From: an uncultured Candidatus Binatia bacterium
GTDB taxonomy: Bacteria > Desulfobacterota > Binatia > Bin18
Direction of reading: 5' to 3'
NCBI GenBank assembly: GCA_965200965.1
Contig: OZ241744.1
Span: 3,456,001 to 3,520,000, forward strand
DNA length: 64,000 nucleotides
Of this stretch, positions 40,143 to 48,835 are shown in pieces. The notes under the pieces were generated by a model. It made no database searches. It worked only from the letters and a program-made list of their open reading frames with translations, and was not told where the DNA came from. Position numbers and translations under genes: made by a program. Each line of letters opens with the position of its first letter. Within the stretch, counting starts at the first letter, position 1.

Positions 40143-41906
40143 ATGACTGACACGCAGGAGAAGCCCCTGATCGGCACTATGGACGGGCTCTCAAAGTCTG
40201 GCAAGCCACAAGACTATTACGATGCCATCAAGCAGAAGTTCGCCGAGGAGCGGGACCTCCGGCTCGGCTACCGGCCCCAAGGCACCGCCCAATACACCTC
40301 GGACCTGAGCGGGAGCCTGGCCAAGTACGAAGTTGATCCCTACGGGGGCGAGATGACGCCCCGCGAGCCGATCACCGACACGGTCGAGTGTCTGTTCATC
40401 GGCGGTGGCTTCTCGGCCCTGCTGACCTCGGCCCGGCTGCGCGAATACGGCGTCGAGAGCATCCGTATTGTCGAGCGGGGGGCTGATGTGGGTGGCACAT
40501 GGTACTGGAACCGCTACCCGGGCGTGGCCTGCGATGTGATATCGTATGACTATCTGCCTCTGCTTGACGAGATGGATTATGTGCCCAAGGACCACTACGC
40601 CAAGGGTTCAGAGATATTGGCCCACTGTCAGGCCATCGCCCGGAAGTACGACTTGTACAAGCTGGCGGTGTTCCAGACCACTGTCACCTCTACCGTGTGG
40701 AACGAAATAGAAGATCTCTGGCACATTACGACCGACCGGGGCGACCACATGCAGGCGCGGTTTGTGATCTGTGCCAACGGTACCCTGTCCAAGCCCAAGC
40801 TCTCCAGGATCAAAGGCATGGAGGCCTTCCAGGGCTATTCCTTTCACACCTCGCGCTGGGACTACGCCTACACCAAGGATGACCTGTCGGGGCTGGCCGA
40901 CAAAGTCGTAGGCATCATTGGCACGGGCGCGACCGCGGTGCAGGCGATTCCAGGGCTGGGAGCGGCGGCCAAGGAGTTGTACGTCTTCCAGCGCACCCCG
41001 TCCTCAATCGACATACGGGACGACTGGCCGACCGACCCCAACTGGGCGCGCAAGCTCAAGCCGGGCTGGCAGGCCAGGCGCCGGGAGAAAGCGATGCGGG
41101 GACCCCAGCTCACTCCTGAGCAGAGGGCAGAGCGGGCCGCCATGTCGCGGGAGGAGAAGATCCGCCGCCAAGAGAGCGCCAACATTGACTACATGATGCG
41201 CATCCACCAGCGCATTGATAAGATTGTCAAGGACAGGACCACCGCGGAAGCACTCAAGCCCTGGTATATGTTCATGTGCAAGCGACCCTGCTTCCACAAC
41301 GAGTATCTGCCCACCTTCAATCGGCCCAATGTCCATCTAGTCGATACCCATGGCAAGGGCATCACCGAGCTCACAGCCCAGGGACCGGTCTTTGAGGGCA
41401 AACAGTACGCCCTTGACCTGCTCATCTACGCCACCGGCTTTGAGGTCCAGAAAACCGGCATCTACAACCAGATTCGGGGAGTGAACGGCCTCGACCTGAC
41501 CGACAAATACAGCACCGGCATCCGTACCCTGCTCGGCATCCACTCCGAGGGCTATCCTAACCTGTTCATCATGGGCGGCTACCAGGCGTCGTTTCAGTTC
41601 AACCTGACCGACATGCTCCAGTCCCAGGGCGACCACATCGCCGCTTGCATCGACTATGTACGCCGCCACCGCTATCGGTCCATTGACGTTGCCCCCGAGG
41701 CTGAAGAGTGGTGGGTGCAAGAGGTCATCAAGCACCGTGGCAAGACCACCCGCAACCAGGACTGCACCCCGGGCTATTACAACTTTGAGGGCGAGTTTCA
41801 GCGTCGCCAGGACGGCAACTACAACGGCGGTTTCCCCACATACGTCACCCACCTGAAAAGCGTGCTGGCCGCTATGAAAGAGAACTTTCTCTTTACCCGA
41901 CCATGA
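40143..41906 (+). CDS. Baeyer-Villiger monooxygenase (FAD/NADPH)
   Basis: GGTWYWNRYPG, FQGYSFHTSRWD fingerprint, GTGATA, ATGF. Confidence 0.93.
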   Translation: MTDTQEKPLIGTMDGLSKSGKPQDYYDAIKQKFAEERDLRLGYRPQGTAQYTSDLSGSLAKYEVDPYGGEMTPREPITDTVECLFIGGGFSALLTSARLREYGVESIRIVERGADVGGTWYWNRYPGVACDVISYDYLPLLDEMDYVPKDHYAKGSEILAHCQAIARKYDLYKLAVFQTTVTSTVWNEIEDLWHITTDRGDHMQARFVICANGTLSKPKLSRIKGMEAFQGYSFHTSRWDYAYTKDDLSGLADKVVGIIGTGATAVQAIPGLGAAAKELYVFQRTPSSIDIRDDWPTDPNWARKLKPGWQARRREKAMRGPQLTPEQRAERAAMSREEKIRRQESANIDYMMRIHQRIDKIVKDRTTAEALKPWYMFMCKRPCFHNEYLPTFNRPNVHLVDTHGKGITELTAQGPVFEGKQYALDLLIYATGFEVQKTGIYNQIRGVNGLDLTDKYSTGIRTLLGIHSEGYPNLFIMGGYQASFQFNLTDMLQSQGDHIAACIDYVRRHRYRSIDVAPEAEEWWVQEVIKHRGKTTRNQDCTPGYYNFEGEFQRRQDGNYNGGFPTYVTHLKSVLAAMKENFLFTRP

Positions 41907-42089
41907 TCAGCCGGGCCGGCCGGCGGCTCTCTCCCGCCTGCTGACCTCGTTCACTTCGTGGGCCGGATCGCATCAAACACGCAAAGGTCCGGAACCCATG
42001 TGCTGACTGAGCGTTCAGTTGCACACGGCTTGTCTCAGCGGCGGCATCCTGTTAGGCTACGGCCTTATTTTGATGCACAAGGAAGCGCC

Positions 42090-42959
42090 ATGCCAGGACA
42101 AGACCTCACTCCACAACAGATACACTATCAGGTCGAGAGTCAGGTGCGGCTGACCGCTGACGCCTGGGGGACGAGCGGTGCCCCGCCTGTTCTGCTGCTG
42201 CACGGCGGAGGACAGACCCGCTACGCCTGGGGCGGGACGGCCCGGACCCTGGCTAGGCAGGGCTGGTATGCGGTCTCAATCGACTTGCGCGGCCACGGCG
42301 ACAGCGACTGGGCCCCGGACGGCAATTACAACATTGACGCCTATGTGGCCGACCTGCACACAATCCTGGGCCATTTCAGCCAGCGTCCGGTGCTGATCGG
42401 GGCCTCGCTGGGTGGCATGACCTCACTGCTGACCGAGGGTGAGTCGTCCGAGCCGGTCAGTTCGGCGGTGGTGCTAGTGGATATCACGCCCCGAGTCGAG
42501 CAGGAGGGCGTTGACCGTATCCGGGCGTTTATGACCGGCCGGCCCAACGGCTTTGCCAACCTGGAGGAAGCGGCCGACTATGTGGCCGCCTATCTGCCCC
42601 ACCGGCCACGGCCCAAAAATCTGAGCGGCCTGGAAAAGAATCTGCGCAAAGGCGACGACGGCCGCTATCGCTGGCACTGGGACCCCCAGATGCTGAGCCC
42701 GGCCCGGCTGCGGCGTGACCCTGAGCGTATGCTGGCCGCGGCCCGCGCCCTGAGCGTGCCGACCCTGCTGGTGCGGGGAAAAATCAGCGATGTGGTCAGC
42801 CAAGAGACGGCCGATGAGTTTTGCCGGGCCGTTCCGCACGCCCAGTATGCGGATGTGTCGGGTGCTGGCCATATGGTGGCCGGAGATCAGAATGATACCT
42901 TTGGCGTCGCCGTGCTTGACTTCCTGGCCGGGGTCAAGGCGAATTGGGCCAAGAGCTAG
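42090..42959 (+). CDS. Alpha/beta hydrolase
   Basis: LHGGGQT, DLRGHGDS, GASLGG, GHMVAGD. Confidence 0.9.
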   Translation: MPGQDLTPQQIHYQVESQVRLTADAWGTSGAPPVLLLHGGGQTRYAWGGTARTLARQGWYAVSIDLRGHGDSDWAPDGNYNIDAYVADLHTILGHFSQRPVLIGASLGGMTSLLTEGESSEPVSSAVVLVDITPRVEQEGVDRIRAFMTGRPNGFANLEEAADYVAAYLPHRPRPKNLSGLEKNLRKGDDGRYRWHWDPQMLSPARLRRDPERMLAAARALSVPTLLVRGKISDVVSQETADEFCRAVPHAQYADVSGAGHMVAGDQNDTFGVAVLDFLAGVKANWAKS

Positions 42960-43001
42960 TGCGGGGAAGCTCAGGTGTGGCAAAGCCGAGGCTGACAGGG
43001 G

Positions 43002-43985
43002 CTAGTCCCGCAGGGCCTCAGCCACCCTGCGATAATCCTCCAGACGCGGCAGCAGCAGGGGCGCATCAACCCCAGCCGCCCGATAGGCGGCAATCCGCCC
43101 TTTGCAGGTGTCGGCCGGGCCGATGACATAGAATGCCTTGACCATCTCATCGCTGACCAGTTGGACTGCGGTTTCCTCGTCCCTGCTGCGGTAGGCCGTG
43201 CGCAGAGGAGCGAGAAGACCCGGGTCAAAGCCGCCTTTTTCGAGCAGAATCTCTCCAACAAAGGCTTCGTCCAAGAGACGCACCAGCCGCTTTTTCAGCG
43301 TCGGGTAAAGGCGGTGTGGCTCGTCAGTCAGGCGGACGACAAGCATACAGGTAATGTCAATCGCGGCCGGGTCACGGCCCGCGGCTCGCGCCGCGGCGCG
43401 GATCTCTTCGACCGCGTAGCTGACATAACTGGTTGGCACATAGGCGTTAAGCACAACCCCGTCGGCAATGGCACCGGCCAGGCGCAGGGCCTTGCGGCCG
43501 ATCGCGGCCAGATAGAGCGGCGTTTTCCGAATCGGGGCGGGCGAGAGCTTGGTATTGACCAAGCTGAACGGCCCGACCGTGGCGCTGACCCGCTGACCCG
43601 ACAGTAGGCGGCTCAGCAGGCTGACCGCGCCTTCCAGCACCGCCCCGGCTTGGCCGTAGGGAATGCCCATTTTGTCTTGAATGACGGCCGGCTCACTACG
43701 GCCGAGTCCCAGCACCAAGCGCCCGCCGCTGAGCCGGTCCAGGGTGGCCGCGGCCATAGCCAGCAAAGCCGGGTTGCGGGTATACGGGTTCACCACCCCA
43801 ACGCCAAGCTGGAGCGTCTGGGTCACGGCCGCCAGGTAGCCGAGCAGTGAAAAGGTTTCCTCGTGAAAATAGCGCTCAGTGACCCACAGCGAATCAAAGC
43901 CCGCCCCTTCGGCAATCCGGCCGTACTCGGCCAGATCAGGGCCACTTTCAATACCGTGATAGACAACTATGCCCAGTCGAGACAT
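43002..43985 (-). CDS. LLM-class flavin/F420-dependent oxidoreductase (Mer-like)
   Basis: GFDSLWVTE, GVVNPYTRNPALLA, SGGRLVLGLG, AGAIADGV. Confidence 0.9.
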   Translation of the reverse strand: MSRLGIVVYHGIESGPDLAEYGRIAEGAGFDSLWVTERYFHEETFSLLGYLAAVTQTLQLGVGVVNPYTRNPALLAMAAATLDRLSGGRLVLGLGRSEPAVIQDKMGIPYGQAGAVLEGAVSLLSRLLSGQRVSATVGPFSLVNTKLSPAPIRKTPLYLAAIGRKALRLAGAIADGVVLNAYVPTSYVSYAVEEIRAAARAAGRDPAAIDITCMLVVRLTDEPHRLYPTLKKRLVRLLDEAFVGEILLEKGGFDPGLLAPLRTAYRSRDEETAVQLVSDEMVKAFYVIGPADTCKGRIAAYRAAGVDAPLLLPRLEDYRRVAEALRD

Positions 43986-43999
43986 GTCTTGGCCCTTGG

Positions 44000-45031
44000 T
44001 CAGCTTTTTTCCGCCACAAACGCCCAATAGGTCGGAACCATGTCCGGGGTTTCCTGGCTGACCGTGAAGCCTGTCTGGCGCAGCATGGCGAGGATTTCGC
44101 TCCGGGTGTTGACGATATTCCCCCAGGTGACCTCAAACCACTGCTCCAGGATGCTCATGCTGAAATGCCGGTCTTGAATGTCGTGAGCGGTCTCCGGCGC
44201 GCAGCGGTCAATAATCAGCAGGCGGCCGCCGGGTGTGAGGGCTTGATGACAGCGGCGCAGAATCGTGGCTTTTGCCGTGTCTGGCAGCTCGTGAAAAACC
44301 TGGATCATGGTGATCAGGTCAACGCTTTGGTCAAAGTCCAGTCGCTCGCCACCGACCGGTTCAACCCGAACCCGCCGCTCCAAGCCCCGCTCCTGGAGAC
44401 CCTGGCGTGAGCTTTCTACAAAATAGGGCAGCGGCTCAATGCCGACGGCCCGACAGCGGGGGAAGGATTCGGCAAAGCTGGCCAGGACCGTCCCGCTGCC
44501 AGAGCCGATATCCACAACCGTGCCGCCCGCGCTCAGGCGCGCTTCAAGGCTGGGCAGCTTGCGGGCCGCGGCCAGCACAAGCGGGGCGCGGAGTGCCGAT
44601 ATACGCCCTTGGTGGGCGAAAAAGTCCTCGTCGTGGTCGTGAAAGGTCTTGGTCGCCCCGGTCCGAAAGGCGGCCGGGTAGCCCGGATAATCGCGGGCCA
44701 AGCTGGCGAGTATGTGGGCGGTCAGTAGCTCGGGCGCGTCATCGGCCAGCAGTTCGTCCATGAACGGGGCAAAGCTGTAGAAGGTTTCTCCTGTCTCGTC
44801 GCTTGCCCGCAGAATGCCGACCGTGCAGGCGGCTTTACACCACACCGCGGTGCGCCACGCGTCAAGGTTTTGGGCTGCGGCCAGCTCGGCCGCGGTTGCC
44901 CGCCCGCCCCGCTGCCGGAGGACCGAAAAATAGCCCAGCCGTCCGCCAACGTCGATGATGTGGGTAGCGTGTAAACCCAGCATCCAGCCGCGCAGGGTCC
45001 GGGCTTGTCCGTCTTTGGTGAGTTCTTTCAT
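44000..45031 (-). CDS. Class I SAM-dependent methyltransferase with N-terminal winged helix
   Basis: VDIGSGSG motif I, VFHEL, LTPGG. Confidence 0.88.
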   Translation of the reverse strand: MKELTKDGQARTLRGWMLGLHATHIIDVGGRLGYFSVLRQRGGRATAAELAAAQNLDAWRTAVWCKAACTVGILRASDETGETFYSFAPFMDELLADDAPELLTAHILASLARDYPGYPAAFRTGATKTFHDHDEDFFAHQGRISALRAPLVLAAARKLPSLEARLSAGGTVVDIGSGSGTVLASFAESFPRCRAVGIEPLPYFVESSRQGLQERGLERRVRVEPVGGERLDFDQSVDLITMIQVFHELPDTAKATILRRCHQALTPGGRLLIIDRCAPETAHDIQDRHFSMSILEQWFEVTWGNIVNTRSEILAMLRQTGFTVSQETPDMVPTYWAFVAEKS

Positions 45032-45170
45032 GGGGCTCTGCCGTGTGTTTGTGCAAGAGATCGCTGCTCAATCCAGGCCAGTTCAAGGTCATGCCCCCGC
45101 GTGCACAGCCCTAGCCTGTGCCATATCCTGCCTGGCGGCAAACGACAAGGGCTGAGACGCGCGCCGGCGC

Positions 45171-46439
45171 TCAGGCCGGCGGTTTTTTGACAAAAAAGAG
45201 TACGCCCAGGCCGATCAGGTTGAGGCCGGCGGCCAGCCCAAAGGCGGCCTCATACGAGCCGCTGGCGTCATACAGGTAGCCGGCGATAAAGGGGCCGAAG
45301 GCTGCGCTTGAGCCGGCCACGGCAAAGATGAAGCCGACAATCGCCCCGACCGACAGCCGACCGAAAAAATCGCCCACAATGGCCGGGAACAGGGTGGCCG
45401 CCCCGCCGTAGGCCAGACCAAACATGATCGCGCTGGGATAGACCAGGCTCAGGCCGCCACTCAGAGCAAAGCCGCTAAAGGCAAGGCCCTGCATGGCCAA
45501 GCTGGCCCCCAGGGTCGGCAGGCGTCCGAGCCGGTCAGAGACCGCCCCGCTCAGCAGCCGGCCGCTCAGACTGCCGACACCAATCGCGCTGACAATCGTG
45601 GCCGCGCGGAGTGGCGGCACGCCGAGGTCAATGGCAAACGGCACAATATGAACAAACGGCATGAAGACCACCAGCCAAGTCAGGGTAAAGACCACGGTCA
45701 ACAGCCAGAAAGCGACGGTCTTGCGGGCCTCGGCCAAGGTGTAGTCTTTGGCGGCGGCCGGTTGAGCCAAGTGTGGCGACAACCGCGGGGGAGGCCGGCC
45801 GTCAGGCACGAGACCCAGTTGTTCTGGGTCACGGACGATAAACACCGCGCACAGACCGATGATGAGCAGCCCGGCGCAGCCCAGCATCAGATAGGCCGGC
45901 CGCCAGCCACAGGCGGCAATGAGGGCCGCGGCCAGGGGCGGAAAGAGAAGGTTTCCGAGGCTGCCGCCACTGGTGGAGATGCTTAGCGCCAGCCCCCGCC
46001 GGCGTGTGAACCAGCGCACCACCGTGGAGTTGCAGGGCACAAAGGCAGCGCTCATGCCGGTGGCGGCAATAAGACCGAGGCTGACATACAAGTGCCACAA
46101 CTCCCGCGCCTGGCTGCTCAGCACAATGCCGCCGCCCAGCAGACAGCCGCCGGTACAGATGACTGCCCGTGGCCCCCAGCGGTCGGTCGCCCAACCGCTG
46201 GCCGCCCCCAGCGCGCTGTACAGAAACACATACAGGGCGTAGGGCAGGGACAGGCTGGCCCGGTCCCAGCCCGTCTCGGCCTCAATAGCCGGCATGAAGA
46301 CCCCGAAGGTAAACTGAATGCCATATGAGACAAACAGGACGGTAAAGGCCAGACCAAGGACAATCCAGCCGTAGAAGATGCGGGAGGTGGCGGCCGGCGG
46401 GGGAGCCAGCTCCCCCGCCGCCGCGGGAGGGGTTGTCAT
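45171..46439 (-). CDS. MFS transporter (MCT/OFA-like)
   Basis: IFYGWIV, GWATDRWGPR, WFTRRRGLA, GAVSDRLGR; start moved to 46439. Confidence 0.92.
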   Translation of the reverse strand: MTTPPAAAGELAPPPAATSRIFYGWIVLGLAFTVLFVSYGIQFTFGVFMPAIEAETGWDRASLSLPYALYVFLYSALGAASGWATDRWGPRAVICTGGCLLGGGIVLSSQARELWHLYVSLGLIAATGMSAAFVPCNSTVVRWFTRRRGLALSISTSGGSLGNLLFPPLAAALIAACGWRPAYLMLGCAGLLIIGLCAVFIVRDPEQLGLVPDGRPPPRLSPHLAQPAAAKDYTLAEARKTVAFWLLTVVFTLTWLVVFMPFVHIVPFAIDLGVPPLRAATIVSAIGVGSLSGRLLSGAVSDRLGRLPTLGASLAMQGLAFSGFALSGGLSLVYPSAIMFGLAYGGAATLFPAIVGDFFGRLSVGAIVGFIFAVAGSSAAFGPFIAGYLYDASGSYEAAFGLAAGLNLIGLGVLFFVKKPPA

Positions 46440-46446
46440 CGCCGGC

Positions 46447-46474
46447 AGTATGGGGCCGGCGGGCGGATTGTCAA
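46447..46474 (-). promoter_or_regulatory. Sigma70 promoter implying a leaderless MFS mRNA
   Basis: TTGACA-16-CATACT-7 nt-ATG with no SD. Confidence 0.55.
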
Positions 46475-46483
46475 GGTGGTGGG

Positions 46484-46714
46484 CTAGTGGAATTTGCCTG
46501 CATACGCCTTGTGTGCGATCTCGGGCGGGAGGGGGTCGCCGTCGATTTCCTGGAGTTGCATCCATTCTTCCACGGCTGGGCATAATTCGGCGTACACCTT
46601 GGCCTTGTCCTGGCCATGTACTCCGCCGAGCATGACGCCGGGGGCGGTCCCGATGTAGCAGTGGTCCTCGTCGGACCATGCGACAATTTTCAGGTAACGG
46701 TCACTCTTTTTCAT
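46484..46714 (-). pseudogene. HicB-like antitoxin, truncated before the RHH domain
   Basis: RYLKIVAWSDEDHCYIG..PG...HG...DGDPLP...YAGKF then stop. Confidence 0.7.
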
Positions 46715-46875
46715 GGCGAATTCCGTCTATTGCTTGCTTCGCAGCGGGAAAGTTCCCCGGCGGGTGGCTCTTCGGGGTAGGCAGTTCTCAAGGTGGCTGC
46801 GGGCCTCACGCCTTCCTGCTGCTTGGCAATGAGGCTGACTTGACAATGTGTTGCAGGTGTGGAGCATCTAGCTGC

Positions 46876-47079
46876 ATGAATACATCAGCCGTCTTCCACG
46901 CGCGTGTGGAGCCGCAGACCAGGGAGGAGGTCGAAGGGCCGATTCCGGTACCGATTCCGAACGCCTTGACCAAAGAGACGCTTGAGAAAAGCCGTGCCGG
47001 GCTGGAGGTGGAGACATTCGACAGTCTCGAAGAGATGTTTGAGAGTTGGGAGCCTGGAGGGCGGCCGGGCGAAGCGTAA
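46876..47079 (+). pseudogene. RelB/DinJ-like antitoxin with internal deletion
   Basis: SAVFHARVEPQT joined directly to IPNALTKETL...FDSLEEMF; central helix absent. Confidence 0.6.
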
Positions 47080-47132
47080 GCTGACACCTTCACGCAACCT
47101 GATCTCGTTACTATGCTGAGTCATGGGCTGGG

Positions 47133-48776
47133 TCATGGCCGGAACAGCCGACCCTGCTTGCCGGTTGCTCGTTGATGCGCCGGCGCGGGCTTGAAGGTGA
47201 CATTGCCCTGTTGGGTGGGCCGGTCTACGCGCATGCCTGACAGCAGATCGGGGATGGTCAGGAGTTGGAGGCGCGGGTGGCGCGTGCCCCACGGCGATTC
47301 GTAGAAGCCAGCACTGGCCGCTTCTGCCCGCATGGGCTGGGTCGGGTCCTGGAGGGACAGCAGAACCCCGATTTCCGCTCCTTCCCGCTCAATGACGCCC
47401 CGCAGGTCGCGCACCTGCGGCACCGAAAGCCGGCCGGCCTTGACCGAGAAGATGATCTGCTTGGTTTTGGCCCCGGCCACATCATCATGAAAATACAGCC
47501 GGCCGTCAATGCCTTTGTCGGCCCCTTTCTTCTGCTCTACCGGGCGGGCACCGACCAAGCCGAGCGCCCACCACTGGAATTGAAACGGGTCATCTTTGCC
47601 GAGCGTCACGGCATCTGGCAGCGCTTCCGGCTCGCCGATGACCGCATAGCCTTGGGCGCTGTCTTCGCCAAAGGTGGTGTGCAGGCGATGCTTGATGAGG
47701 CCAATGGCTAAGTGGGTGATGTCAATGCCGATCCAGTGCCGGCCTAGCTTCTGGGCGGTGGCGATAGCCGTGCCACAGCCACAGAAGGGGTCTAAGACGA
47801 CATCGCCCTCGTTACTGCTGGCCCTGATGATGCGCTCGAGCAAGCGTTCCGGCTTCTGGGTCGGGTAGCCCAAGCGCTCCGCCGATCTGTTCGAGATTCT
47901 TGGAACATCGATCCAGATATTTTGCAGGGGCTTGCCCTCGGCTTCGTCAAGATAGACTTTCAGGCCGCCCGTTCGGGGTGTGCCGTCCCGCTTTGTCTGT
48001 ATTCTACCCTCCGCCCACCAGTGTTCCAGTTGCTCTTTTTTGTAGCCCCAGCCGCGCGTTGGACCGGGCAGCGTCCCGCGCCATGCAAACTTGCCTGATG
48101 CGCTGTCCGGCCGCGGCGCGGTCAGGTTCTCCAGCTTGTAGCGCCGGCCGTCTTTGTCTACATGCCGAAAATGCTTCATCTGCTCTGGGCTGTATTTCTG
48201 GCCGCCGGCATAGGTATGAAAGCCCCGGTTCCAGGTCGCTTCTTCGGACTTCACATAGAACAGCAGGATGTCGGCCACATTGCCGTACCGCCGGGCCGTA
48301 TTGTGGCTCTCTGTCCGCTGCCAGGTGATTTCATTGCGGAAATGTGTCGGGCCGAAGACAGCATCAAGCAGAATCTTGAGATAATGCGAGGCGGTCGGGT
48401 CGCAGTGCAGGTAGAGGCTGCCGTGGGCTTTGAGCGTCCGGCGGAGTTCAACTAAGCGCGGGGCCATCATGGCCAGATAGGCCAGCATATCGTTCGCGCC
48501 CAGAAAGCCCCGGAAGGCTTGCAAGACCTGCGATACGCGCCCGCCGGCCTCAACTGTTTCCTCGTAGACCCGGGCCGCGGCAGCGTCCCACTGCCACATG
48601 TCGCCGAAGGCTTTGATCTGGGCCGCGGCCCGGGAGCCGTCCTGTTCGGCAAACAGTACATTATAGTCCCGGTCACTCTTGAAGGGCGGGTCGAGGTAGA
48701 CGAGATCGACGGTCTCGTCATCGATGTAGGAACGGAGGATTTCGAGGTTATCGCCGTAGTAGAGATGATTGGTCAT
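47133..48776 (-). CDS. N4/N6 DNA methyltransferase (beta class) fused to a C-terminal Mrr-like endonuclease domain
   Basis: LYYGDNL, YLDPPF, GYPTQKP, VLDPFCGCGT; C-terminal GADKGIDG...FSVKAG...VRDLRG. Confidence 0.9.
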   Translation of the reverse strand: MTNHLYYGDNLEILRSYIDDETVDLVYLDPPFKSDRDYNVLFAEQDGSRAAAQIKAFGDMWQWDAAAARVYEETVEAGGRVSQVLQAFRGFLGANDMLAYLAMMAPRLVELRRTLKAHGSLYLHCDPTASHYLKILLDAVFGPTHFRNEITWQRTESHNTARRYGNVADILLFYVKSEEATWNRGFHTYAGGQKYSPEQMKHFRHVDKDGRRYKLENLTAPRPDSASGKFAWRGTLPGPTRGWGYKKEQLEHWWAEGRIQTKRDGTPRTGGLKVYLDEAEGKPLQNIWIDVPRISNRSAERLGYPTQKPERLLERIIRASSNEGDVVLDPFCGCGTAIATAQKLGRHWIGIDITHLAIGLIKHRLHTTFGEDSAQGYAVIGEPEALPDAVTLGKDDPFQFQWWALGLVGARPVEQKKGADKGIDGRLYFHDDVAGAKTKQIIFSVKAGRLSVPQVRDLRGVIEREGAEIGVLLSLQDPTQPMRAEAASAGFYESPWGTRHPRLQLLTIPDLLSGMRVDRPTQQGNVTFKPAPAHQRATGKQGRLFRP

Positions 48777-48835
48777 GCGTGTCTTCCCGTGGCTCGGTCC
48801 CTGCCATTATGCACAGGTGCGGAGGTGGCCCATTC

